This document shows positions 29,362-37,733 of a DNA stretch of 64,000 bases, in pieces (within the stretch, counting starts at the first letter, position 1; every line of letters starts with the position of its first letter). The DNA comes from a virus (lineage: Duplodnaviria; Caudoviricetes): the IMG/VR virus record IMGVR_UViG_3300046656_000199, positions 4 to 64,003 of that record. The stretch is one strand, 5' to 3'. A model generated the notes under the pieces. The model searched no databases, was not told where the DNA came from, and worked only from the letters and a program-made list of their open reading frames with translations. The translations under genes and the position numbers were made by a program.

Positions 29362-29775
29362 ATGCGATTCATTTTGACCCTGACTGCCCTGTGTGCGTTC
29401 GCTGGTGCGAGCCGTGCCCAGAGCATCGTCGACAGGCTCGACGCGCTGGAGAAGCAGACGGTGCAGATCAACGCTCTCAACACCAAGGTTGATGCGTTGT
29501 CGGCCAAGGTTGACGCCCTGGCCGTGAAGATCGACAAGCTGGCATCGGCACCGACCACGCCGCCCACCGTCAAGACGCCCGTCGCCGACGCGGGCAAGGC
29601 GTGCGTGTGCAGCTCGGCCTGTACTTGCGGCTGCAACCAGGGTCAGCCGTGCGACTGCGCCACGCGGGTGGCGACGGTGCCGGCGTACTACTCGGCACCG
29701 GCCTACTACTCCGCTCCAGCGTTCGGCGGCTTCCGCTCGGCGCGTGGTTCCTGTGCGTCGGGATCCTGTCGCTAA
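29362..29775 (+). CDS. Secreted coiled-coil/Cys-rich protein
   Basis: AAGGAG RBS; signal peptide; CVCSSACTCGCNQGQPCDC; ends CASGSCR. Confidence 0.7.
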   Translation: MRFILTLTALCAFAGASRAQSIVDRLDALEKQTVQINALNTKVDALSAKVDALAVKIDKLASAPTTPPTVKTPVADAGKACVCSSACTCGCNQGQPCDCATRVATVPAYYSAPAYYSAPAFGGFRSARGSCASGSCR

Positions 29776-29813
29776 CGGTACGGCACCCGTGCGGTGCTCA
29801 CAGAGGATGGATC

Positions 29814-29987
29814 ATGACGAGTGCAACCTACGAGGATGGAGTACGCGACGCGCTCAAAGTTCTCGACGGAGTGGAGCCGCAGTATCCGGTACAGGTGCCC
29901 TACTCCCCGCCGAATTACGAGGACAAGGGCGCCCAGGCGCTGCTCGACGAGTGCCGGCAGGCGGTGGAGCGGCTGCTGAAGAAGTGA
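29814..29987 (+). CDS. Small hypothetical protein
   Basis: GAGGA RBS. Confidence 0.45.
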   Translation: MTSATYEDGVRDALKVLDGVEPQYPVQVPYSPPNYEDKGAQALLDECRQAVERLLKK

Positions 29988-30030
29988 GTGCCCACAGTGG
30001 AGACGCAGCCGATTTCTTTCAGAGGAGCAA

Positions 30031-30210
30031 ATGAACACACGCAACGTCTGGGTAGAAATCTGGAACGCCGAATTGAAGAAATGGGAGTCGCTGGCCACAT
30101 TTTCGACGGCGACGCTCGCTGACAACTGGATCAGGAAGAACGGCTACGGCACCGAAGTGCGCGTGGTGCGCGACCGCAAGAAGGCTGATGAAGCGAAGGT
30201 GAGTGCGTGA
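30031..30210 (+). CDS. Small hypothetical protein (59 aa, not in ORF track)
   Basis: GAGGAG RBS; MNTRNVWVEIW... Confidence 0.5.
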   Translation: MNTRNVWVEIWNAELKKWESLATFSTATLADNWIRKNGYGTEVRVVRDRKKADEAKVSA

Positions 30211-30251
30211 AATACATCGGCGCGGCGGTATCCACAGAGGAGACGTAGCCG

Positions 30252-30482
30252 ATGACAGCTGAAATCCTCGAAGACCTGGCGGCCATCGTCGACATCCGCC
30301 AACGGCAGTACGACCGTGCCTTGCGGCTGCGCAAGGCCGAGGTCGCGTCAGACTCGGACGTCGAGGAGGCCGAAGCCTCGCTACGACTGGCCCGCGTCGA
30401 GTGGCTGCGGGCGACCGAAGAAACCACCAAAGGAGAAAAATGCCAACCGCAACAACCAAGTCGGCAAAAGCCGAAGTCGTGA
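30252..30482 (+). CDS. Helical hypothetical protein
   Basis: GAGGAG RBS. Confidence 0.5.
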   Translation: MTAEILEDLAAIVDIRQRQYDRALRLRKAEVASDSDVEEAEASLRLARVEWLRATEETTKGEKCQPQQPSRQKPKS

Positions 30483-30850
30483 AGCTAACCGGCCTGTCGG
30501 CCGAAGCCGTGAAGCGGCTCAAGGTTCAGTCGATCATCAGCCGCGTTACCGCCGAGACGGGCCTTCAGGCCACGCCGTCCTTTATCACGATCCTGCTGCA
30601 GCTCTTGCCCCTGCTCCTGCCGCTGCTGGCCGGCTGCGGCCTGGCCTCGCCGCAGGATGTCAGCGACCGGGCACAGTCGCCGCGACCGTTCGACCATCTG
30701 CGGACGAGGCTGATGCTTCGCTCGGCATGCCGTCAGGTCGACGGGGACACGTCGTTCGTGACGAGCAATCTTGAGTCGTTCGCGTGGAGCTTCCAGGCCG
30801 AGGCTGAGGCGTCAACCGTGGAAGAGATGACGCTGGCACTGACGCCGTGA
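30440..30850 (+). CDS. Membrane/lipoprotein-like protein
   Basis: AAGGAG RBS; internal hydrophobic stretch ending in lipobox-like LAGC. Confidence 0.6.
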   Translation: MPTATTKSAKAEVVKLTGLSAEAVKRLKVQSIISRVTAETGLQATPSFITILLQLLPLLLPLLAGCGLASPQDVSDRAQSPRPFDHLRTRLMLRSACRQVDGDTSFVTSNLESFAWSFQAEAEASTVEEMTLALTP

Positions 30851-31046
30851 CAGGGGAGTAGGAGGGATGTTCGTCGTGCATTTTCTGGAGTGGACAACGC
30901 GCAACGTGAGTCGCAGGGTCGGCCTTGTGTTGCTCGTGGCCGCTCTTCCGGGCCTGCTGGCCGTTAGCATGTGCATTAACGCGGACCGTCTCTGGCATGA
31001 CGGCCGCTGGTGATACTGACTGATCCGAACCGAGGAGGGAAGAATC

Positions 31047-31217
31047 ATGAATCCCGAGACTGCCAAGGCGTTTGTTGACGAGTTCCTGACCTACCTGGAA
31101 AGCAAAACCGCGAACCCTCTCATCAAGCTGGCCATCGCGTCCGTCGACCATTTCGCCGACGGCGTGATTGACGAGTTCCTGACGTCGCCGGCCGGCAAGA
31201 AGTTTGTCACGGAGTAG
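31047..31217 (+). CDS. Small amphipathic protein (56 aa, not in ORF track)
   Basis: GAGGAGG RBS; MNPETAKAFVDEFLTYL... Confidence 0.55.
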   Translation: MNPETAKAFVDEFLTYLESKTANPLIKLAIASVDHFADGVIDEFLTSPAGKKFVTE

Positions 31218-31311
31218 TGCGCGACGGCTTCATGCGACGGCGCGCACGCCGCCCCGGTGCGTTGTGGAGAGCGGCTGGGGTGGTTTTCATTTCGCCGCAG
31301 GGAGGCTTGTC

Positions 31312-31818
31312 ATGTCCAGTCGTGCGCGCGGGGATCTGCTGTTCTGGGTCTTCATCGCCGCTCTGTTCGCCGTTGCCGTGTGGCTGTCGCAGGTCCGCGG
31401 CGCCCCTCTGCCGGCACGTCTGCCCGTCCCCGAGCCGACGCCGCAACCCGTTCCCGAGATGAAGCGCGTACCGTGGTCGGGCGATCTGGAGCGCTTCCCC
31501 GACATTGGGACCACGCGCGACGCCGTGGCCTGGGCGGATCGCCACCGGGCATGGCTGGAGTGCCAGCGTTCGCTCGATCTGGTCTACCCGGAGTTCTGGT
31601 CGGCATGGCTGCACGACGCGGACGCGGCCTCGATGCCGTGGCGCCTGCTGCTGGCCGCACAAACGCGCAGTTGGGATGGGGTCGGCGTGGTGTGGGATCG
31701 CCGGGGCAATGCCGAGGCGATCGACTTGCTGGCCGAGGTGCTCGGCGCGGAGCGGTACGCCACCGGGGACATGCCGCCGGTCACGCCGCTGGTGCGGCGC
31801 TTCCGGCGGGGCGAGTGA
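31312..31818 (+). CDS. Membrane-anchored hypothetical protein
   Basis: GGAGG RBS; N-terminal TM helix. Confidence 0.6.
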   Translation: MSSRARGDLLFWVFIAALFAVAVWLSQVRGAPLPARLPVPEPTPQPVPEMKRVPWSGDLERFPDIGTTRDAVAWADRHRAWLECQRSLDLVYPEFWSAWLHDADAASMPWRLLLAAQTRSWDGVGVVWDRRGNAEAIDLLAEVLGAERYATGDMPPVTPLVRRFRRGE

Positions 31819-32007
31819 GGGTTAGTATCCGCAGTACTCGCGATCAGCGCGGGGGCTGCGAACCAGCCGAGCGTACAGTTTGGCGTAGCGGTCGCCCTGC
31901 ACCTGATGGCGTTTGGCCCATGCCCACCATTTCTGAGATGTGCTCACTCGATAATCTCCCATGTCACGTTGCCGAGATCGGCTAAGATTGCCACCTGTAG
32001 TTGGAAA

Positions 32008-32196
32008 TTACTCGCTGTCCACCGCCTTCACCGAGTTCGCGAACTCACAGGCCGCGTCCGCCGGTGTGCCGTCGTAGGGCCACGCGGCCGAGACGAACCC
32101 GTACAGGTCGGCGCGGTTGTAGTTTAGCTCCGGGTCGATCTGGTTAATGACCACTTCGGCCTCACCAGCGAAGTCGGCAATCGTAATCTCGTTCAT
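32008..32196 (-). CDS. Small acidic hypothetical protein
   Basis: GGAG RBS on minus strand. Confidence 0.6.
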   Translation of the reverse strand: MNEITIADFAGEAEVVINQIDPELNYNRADLYGFVSAAWPYDGTPADAACEFANSVKAVDSE

Positions 32197-32238
32197 CGTC
32201 CTGTCTCCCGTTCGTGTTTTTCGTTTCGTCTTCGTCGG

Positions 32239-32592
32239 CTAGTACAGCGTGGGCGGGCGTGGGCTGGTGCGGCGCGGTTCGCTCAGCCACTTCCGCTCCT
32301 GGGCCGTGTACGCTGGGCGGCCGGACAGCGGCTCGGCGCCGGGGCCGATAATGTCCTGAAAAATCGCGGCCATGTTCGGCGACTGGAGGTAGACCACGAA
32401 ATTCTGGTAGGCGTCCCAGTCCTGCGGCGACTCCTGAAGCCCGTCTTCGGCCGCCGTGAGCAGCTCGACGAACTCGTCAAAGCAGCCCTTTTCGTAGCCG
32501 GCCGCGTCGAAGCGGCACTCGTCCACGGTCGCCGCCTTGGCGAGCAGTTCGTTCGGCGTCATCGTCATCTCCCGTTCGTGTGTTTCGTTCAT
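32239..32592 (-). CDS. Hypothetical protein
   Basis: Minus-strand operon with 32008-32196. Confidence 0.6.
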   Translation of the reverse strand: MNETHEREMTMTPNELLAKAATVDECRFDAAGYEKGCFDEFVELLTAAEDGLQESPQDWDAYQNFVVYLQSPNMAAIFQDIIGPGAEPLSGRPAYTAQERKWLSEPRRTSPRPPTLY

Positions 32593-32623
32593 CCATCCGA
32601 CATAGGTATCTTACACCCTAGTC

Positions 32624-32892
32624 AGACTATAGTCGATACTACTTTGCCTCTTTTCCTAACTTTTTTTCCGATGCCGCAAGTGATGCCACGATCATGTATT
32701 GTGTCATCGGACGTCGGTCGAGTTCGGCAGCAGCGCGGATTTTCTCGTGATCGTCTGGCTTCAGGCCGATCAGTACGGCCTTGCGCCCGGACAGTCCCAG
32801 ACGCTTGCCGCCGGACAGGAGTTTCTTCGCTTTGGCCACGGTGGATACCTCGTCGTGAGAGATGGGGCAGTCTACCAGATAGACTATAGTCG
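32624..32892. promoter_or_regulatory. Two identical palindromic operators AGACTATAGTCG (32624-32635, 32881-32892)
   Basis: GACTATAGTC is a perfect palindrome; one copy lies upstream of each minus-strand unit. Confidence 0.6.
32639..32839 (-). CDS. Ribbon-helix-helix regulator (DUF1778-like)
   Basis: GAGG + GTG; KAVLIGL..DDHEKIRAAAELDRRPMTQYMI. Confidence 0.65.
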   Translation of the reverse strand: MAKAKKLLSGGKRLGLSGRKAVLIGLKPDDHEKIRAAAELDRRPMTQYMIVASLAASEKKLGKEAK

Positions 32893-33070
32893 GTGCCATG
32901 TCAGCAGTCAACCACTTTCCTCCGTTATCGGATTTCCGATAACGGCCACCATCGCCGGATTCTCCGACACACCCATCCCCTACCGTCCTTGCCCCTGCCC
33001 GCACGTCGGGGGTACACTGATCCTGCCTCGTTCCCGTCACGGACGTCATCCTCTCACCGTGAGTCCCATC

Positions 33071-34327
33071 GTGGCCCGTCCGCGCGTGCAGCCGCATCCC
33101 GTCAGAGTCACCGTCGTCCGCTACCTCGATGCCGAGGGCCGACCCGTCCGCAAGGGCACAGAGGGCGCCCGGCACGTCGTCACACAGTCGGACAGCTACT
33201 ACGCCGTCCTCTACACGGGCGGCGTCAAGCGACGGGTACCGCTCAAGACCACGGACCTGAGAGGCGCCTGGGTCGCCCTGGACGCACTCCAGAAGCGTCT
33301 GGAGCGAGAGGGTGCTGGCATCGTCGACCCGACCCTTGCCGCGGCACGTCGGCCCATCGCCGAGCTGGTGGAGGAGTGGGTGCGCTCCGTGCGGAACAGC
33401 GGGGTCGCGGAGAAGCGCGTCACCGATCTGAGGTCGCGGGTTCTGCGGCTGGTGACGCTGGCCGGCTGGAGGAGGGTCACGGACATGACGGCGGATTCGC
33501 TCAGGCAAGCGCTGGCGGCCCTGGCAACCGTGATGGACAGGCACGGACCATCCAGCCGAGGACGGGGCAGGGGGCCGAAGACGCGCAACCACTACCTCTC
33601 GCACGCCCGCCAGTTTGCCGAGTGGTGCGTCGAGGGGGACAGGCTGTTGCGCAATCCGTTTCGCAGTGTGCGGCCGGTGTCGACCGAGGAGGACATCCGC
33701 CACGCCCGACGGGAGCCGACCGACGACGAGGTGCGGAGGCTGTTCGACTACCTGCCCACCGCGCCCGTGCGGATCGGCACCAGCGGCCCGCAACGGCTAC
33801 TAGCCTACCAATTAGCGATGAGTACCGGCTTCCGGGCAGGGGAGTTGCGTCGGCTGGTACGGGCGTCGTTCGCGCTTGACGGCGTGCCCACCGTGACCGT
33901 GGCGGCCAGCTTCAGCCGGAAGAAAAAGCGTTCAGCCACGCAGCAGCTTCCCGCCTGGCTCGCCGACGAGTTGCGTGCGTGGCTCGCCAAGGGCGGCGGC
34001 CTGTGGACCTCGTGGACGCGAACGGGATCGCCGGGGCTGTGCCTGCGGGCGGACCTCGAAGCGGCTGGCGTGGAGCGGACGAAGCCCGCGGCGGACGGGG
34101 TGACGCCGCTGCACCTCGATTTTCACTCGCTGCGTGGGTGGTATATTTCACGACTTGCCGATCAGCCCGATATCAGCCCGAAGACACTGCTGGAACTGGC
34201 CCGGCACTCCGACAGCAACCTGACACTCAGGATCTACGCCAAGCGGTCGGAATCTGGCATCGGCCACGCCGTTGACTCGCTGCCTCGACCAGGAGCAATC
34301 AAACCAACGAAAGGGGGGAAGGAATGA
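33071..34327 (+). CDS. int: Tyrosine recombinase/integrase
   Basis: TGFRAGEL (R), FHSLR (HxxR), ARHS (H), IYAK (Y); start uncertain. Confidence 0.92.
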   Translation: MARPRVQPHPVRVTVVRYLDAEGRPVRKGTEGARHVVTQSDSYYAVLYTGGVKRRVPLKTTDLRGAWVALDALQKRLEREGAGIVDPTLAAARRPIAELVEEWVRSVRNSGVAEKRVTDLRSRVLRLVTLAGWRRVTDMTADSLRQALAALATVMDRHGPSSRGRGRGPKTRNHYLSHARQFAEWCVEGDRLLRNPFRSVRPVSTEEDIRHARREPTDDEVRRLFDYLPTAPVRIGTSGPQRLLAYQLAMSTGFRAGELRRLVRASFALDGVPTVTVAASFSRKKKRSATQQLPAWLADELRAWLAKGGGLWTSWTRTGSPGLCLRADLEAAGVERTKPAADGVTPLHLDFHSLRGWYISRLADQPDISPKTLLELARHSDSNLTLRIYAKRSESGIGHAVDSLPRPGAIKPTKGGKE

Positions 34328-34710
34328 TCGACCTGACGAACGATACTCGCAGGAAAACACAAACGGCAAGTGACGAATCACCCGCCGTTTGCTGTTTCGC
34401 CCTTCACCTAGTCCGCGTTGTGGTGTCCAGGTCGCCAAACTCAGTCACCACGGCACGGATCGCAGCGAAAGGAGGCGGTCCTGATGGACCCGATAACGGC
34501 CTGACGCACCCGTACGGGTGCCGTCCGTTGCTTTCCGTATTATCGGCAACTTCCCCGGCGCAATCAAGAGCTTTATCGCGAAACGAGTCGACGCAGGAGT
34601 TCCTAGCGGCTCTCGCAGACGAAACCGGAATTCCGGTTTCGGTTCTTGTCGACTCGCGGCCGGGAACAATCAAACCAACGAAGGAGACAGAATGATCGAC
34701 CTGACGAACC
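34295..34710 (+). repeat. Imperfect direct repeat CAATCAAACCAACGAA..GAATGATCGACCTGACGAAC flanking a ~370-bp insert
   Basis: Copies near 34295-34341 and 34667-34709. Confidence 0.8.
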
Positions 34711-35066
34711 TGACGCCGGCACCGTGGTTCAATTTGAGTTTCGGCACGAAGGGAGATTTCGGCCTGTTCTACGGCGATCCGAAGGACGCCAGCGAGATAT
34801 TCGACCTCATCGAGTCGAACAAGCCGGGTGACATGGAATTCATCGCCCTGGCGCGCAACGCCTTCGACATCATGCTGAGGCGAGGCTGGCACGCACAGAA
34901 GACCGAGGAAGGAACGCTGTGGGTGGTCCTGCAATCGCAACCGTCTTATTTCCCGCTCGAACTGTTTCAGGACTGGACCGATCACGCCTACCACTCCGAT
35001 CCCTTCACCGCTCTCGTCGAGGCCGACCGTTGGTATCGGGAGCATGTCGAGACGCCGAAACCGTAG
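34692..35066 (+). CDS. Hypothetical protein
   Basis: AAGGAG RBS; TPAPW and FIALARNA motifs common in phage proteins. Confidence 0.65.
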   Translation: MIDLTNLTPAPWFNLSFGTKGDFGLFYGDPKDASEIFDLIESNKPGDMEFIALARNAFDIMLRRGWHAQKTEEGTLWVVLQSQPSYFPLELFQDWTDHAYHSDPFTALVEADRWYREHVETPKP

Positions 35067-35317
35067 GATTATGCGCTTTCTAACCCCTGACTTACCAGCG
35101 GTATGCGCTCGGTATGCGCGGCGCGCCGCGCATATGCGCCGGGGATGGATAGAGGACGCCTCGCCCCGGATTGTAACGGTTGCGCGATTGGGTTGCCCTG
35201 AACCTTGTCCACTCGGGTCCACTCCGGTACACTAGGGTACACTGAACGCAGAGAGGCAACGGGCGGTATTCTGGGCTATACTCGCAAATGGTTCGTGAAT
35301 TGCCGAGAAGTGCAGAC

Positions 35318-35339
35318 AGAGACGCCGGTGGGAGTCGAA
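35318..35339 (-). other. Candidate attP core: 3-prime fragment of a tRNA (T-loop to acceptor end)
   Basis: Minus strand TTCGACT-CCCAC-CGGCGTC-T; no 5-prime half; non-coding gap downstream of int with flanking short direct repeats. Confidence 0.7.
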
Positions 35340-35548
35340 GACATTTGCCGCCCGGCTGGATGTTATGCGGATGGAAAGCGTTAGGGAAAACGGCCAGTTC
35401 CGGTTGCCCGGTCGGTTGCTCGGAATGACTCGCTACTGACCTTGCAATCAGGATCGGGCCAGCTGTTAAGTGTACGCCGGTTCAGAGTCGACGGATCGTC
35501 CCGCCTCGGTCTGTCGGCATCCTGCCAGGAGAAGGGGACTCACATCTC

Positions 35549-35788
35549 ATGCAGGACTCTCCGCACCCCGCGGGGGTGGCTCAGCTCGTTACCCTCGATC
35601 AACTCGCCGTGGTGGTTGGCCTCTCGAAACGCAGTCTCGAACGGTACAAGGGCAGGGGTCTACCATCCCCCGTTCGAACAGGACGCAACGGCCGGGCGCA
35701 CCTCTGGAACTACACAGCGGTGCGGTCCTGGCTCGAAGACACTTTTGGTGTTCTGCTTCCAGAAAGATACCCCGGAATCGTCTGGTGA
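35549..35788 (+). CDS. HTH DNA-binding protein (AlpA/Xis-like)
   Basis: LVTLDQLA..VGLSKRSLERY...LPSP...W. Confidence 0.65.
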   Translation: MQDSPHPAGVAQLVTLDQLAVVVGLSKRSLERYKGRGLPSPVRTGRNGRAHLWNYTAVRSWLEDTFGVLLPERYPGIVW

Positions 35789-35924
35789 GGTGCACCCCGC
35801 AAGTGCCTCAGGGTACCCCGCAAGGATTCGAGGGTACCTGGCAACCCGCAACCTTACGCAACCGCACATGCACCGTTTATAATCGTTGGCGACACCGGCG
35901 GAACCGGAGCAAGAGGGGGCACCC

Positions 35925-36122
35925 ATGCAGGGCATCGAGATCAAACCCGACGCCTGGTACACCGAGCAGGAATTGCGTCGGTGGGGCTTCGACACGGACG
36001 AGTTGTCGCGTGGCCGATCGGCTGGCGAGTTGCGCTATCTGGATCGCGGCCGGAGCAGCATGAGGCTGTATAAGGGCGAGTGGTTGCTAAAGTGGCTCGA
36101 AGGAAAGGCGGTGCCCGCGTGA
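35925..36122 (+). CDS. Small HTH-like protein
   Basis: WYTEQEL...GEL...YKGEWLLKWL. Confidence 0.55.
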   Translation: MQGIEIKPDAWYTEQELRRWGFDTDELSRGRSAGELRYLDRGRSSMRLYKGEWLLKWLEGKAVPA

Positions 36123-36319
36123 CCCCACGTCTCGCCGTCTACACCGTGGCCGAGGTCGCCGCCCTCCTGCGTGTCTGCGAGCGGACGGTACGGCGCCTGA
36201 TCGACTCCGGCGAGCTGCGCCCCTGCCGGCGTGTGCGGGGGCGCACGGGGCAGCTCAGCCGCAGCATCCGGATCCCCGAGAGCGAGGTACGTCGGCTGCT
36301 CGATCCCGTCCCGGCGTGA
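36119..36319 (+). CDS. Excisionase-family HTH protein
   Basis: YTVAEVAALLRVCERTVRRLIDSGEL...IRIPESEV. Confidence 0.85.
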   Translation: MTPRLAVYTVAEVAALLRVCERTVRRLIDSGELRPCRRVRGRTGQLSRSIRIPESEVRRLLDPVPA

Positions 36320-36470
36320 CCTAACGTGGCCCAACATGACCTAACCATCTGCGTGCCCTGCGTCCGGGGTGCGCGCGTCGTACACGGCCCCGGTGCCGAC
36401 AGTCGCCGGGCCGTCCGCGCCATGGAAGGCGCGGTGTTCACCTTCGCCCGTCACCCGAGGAGATCAGCAA

Positions 36471-36695
36471 ATGGCCTTTGAGAAACCGACCAAGGAGCAG
36501 CTTGGCAATCGCTTCCGGCACCATGCGCCCAAGGGCGACCAAGCCGAGCGATACGCCAGGGTGCGCGAGGAAATCTTCGCCGCAGCAATGGTATGCGTCG
36601 ATCTGACGCCGTGCAGCCCCGAGCAGACGCTGGCGCTCAACGCGCTCGACGAAGCCATGATGTTCTTTGTCGCGGCGATCACACGCAACGAATGA
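36471..36695 (+). CDS. Acb2/Tad1-like helical hairpin protein (putative immune-signal sponge)
   Basis: NRFRHHAP..DQ.ERY..VR...P.S.EQTLAL..LDEAM....AAITRNE pattern; GAGGAG RBS. Confidence 0.7.
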   Translation: MAFEKPTKEQLGNRFRHHAPKGDQAERYARVREEIFAAAMVCVDLTPCSPEQTLALNALDEAMMFFVAAITRNE

Positions 36696-36725
36696 CGGAA
36701 TGACCACGCACGGAGGACACGCAGG

Positions 36726-36935
36726 ATGGACCCCGAGACGCTGGCCCGGATCGACGATCAGATCGAGAAGCTGGAAGACGAGCTGATCGCCCTCCAGCGG
36801 TCCGGCAGTGTACTGGACGTGACGCGGGTAGCCATTCTGCGGCGTTGGCTGCGCTGGCTGGAGGGGCTGCGGCAGGAGGCCACGGGAGGCGACGAGGCTG
36901 GCGTACACGAACACGACCTGGGCGGGGAGGGCTGA
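36726..36935 (+). CDS. Hypothetical protein
   Basis: GGAGG RBS. Confidence 0.5.
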   Translation: MDPETLARIDDQIEKLEDELIALQRSGSVLDVTRVAILRRWLRWLEGLRQEATGGDEAGVHEHDLGGEG

Positions 36936-36967
36936 GGCGCGCCGGCGAGTCTGCGGCGCGCGGGGCG

Positions 36968-37159
36968 TCAGGAGGATTTCGGCGATGATGGGTCGGCGTT
37001 CTCAGCCTTGAGATGTCGGCGGATGGCACGGAGCAGTTCGGCCGTCAACGTGCGGTCCTCACGCTCAGCGAGAGCGAGCATAAGGTCCAACTCGTGATTG
37101 GGCAAACGCAGGGTGATCCGACGTGCCTTGTGCCGATCGCTTTTCTTTTTCGGAGACAT
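36968..37159 (-). CDS. Arc/RHH-type repressor
   Basis: ITLRLP....DLMLALAEREDRTLTAELLRAI; divergent from the early operon. Confidence 0.75.
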   Translation of the reverse strand: MSPKKKSDRHKARRITLRLPNHELDLMLALAEREDRTLTAELLRAIRRHLKAENADPSSPKSS

Positions 37160-37266
37160 GATGAGCATAGTAGCCGTCCTCTGACATGGAATCAACGACG
37201 CATGACATTATAAGGCGTCCACTTGCGTCTACATACATCAATCTGAGAAAAATGTGCATATTGGGG

Positions 37267-37295
37267 TTGCATGTGGACGTCCACATGATTAAGAT
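37267..37295 (+). promoter_or_regulatory. Sigma70-type promoter overlapped by an 18-bp palindromic operator
   Basis: TTGCAT-N17-TAAGAT; CATGTGGACGTCCACATG at 37270-37287; half sites GCGTCCAC and GCGTCTAC upstream. Confidence 0.75.
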
Positions 37296-37352
37296 ACCTC
37301 TGTTGGGTTGACGTTCGCACTTCGCGGCGGACCCGACGAGAGGATTACGGCG

Positions 37353-37688
37353 ATGACGACGACAGCAACAGCAACGCGGCAGGGTGGCGTTCGGGTTCTC
37401 GGCAAGCTGAGCAACGGCGAGTTGCTGGTGCAGATCAGGACCGAATGCCGCAAGGGTAGCGTGGTCGGCAATTACACCGTGGCCCGCATCCCGAGCGATT
37501 TTGGTGATGCGTTTGCCGTGGTCAAGGTTCCCGACGCCGGAGCGGGCACGAGCGACGACGAGACGGTGTACCACGTCAACCTCGACGATTCCGGTAGTTC
37601 GTGCTCGTGCCCGGATCACGTTTATCGTTCGTCGAAATGTCGCCACATCAGCGCCTGCATGGCGTTGAGTGACGCGCGGAGAATCTAA
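37353..37688 (+). CDS. SWIM zinc-finger protein
   Basis: YHVNL...CSCPD...CRH; paralog of 41870-42271 (shared IPSDFG.AF). Confidence 0.8.
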   Translation: MTTTATATRQGGVRVLGKLSNGELLVQIRTECRKGSVVGNYTVARIPSDFGDAFAVVKVPDAGAGTSDDETVYHVNLDDSGSSCSCPDHVYRSSKCRHISACMALSDARRI

Positions 37689-37698
37689 CCCGACTGCC

Positions 37699-37722
37699 AG
37701 AGAGACAGGGAAGTCTCTTTTT
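37699..37722 (+). terminator. Hairpin plus T-run before the pentamer array
   Basis: AGAGAC-AGGGAA-GTCTCT-TTTT. Confidence 0.45.
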
Positions 37723-37733
37723 GATCTTTGCAG

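Noticed and set aside
35318-35339. Functional tRNA gene
   Set aside because: Only the T-loop and 3-prime acceptor strand are present; treated as an att core
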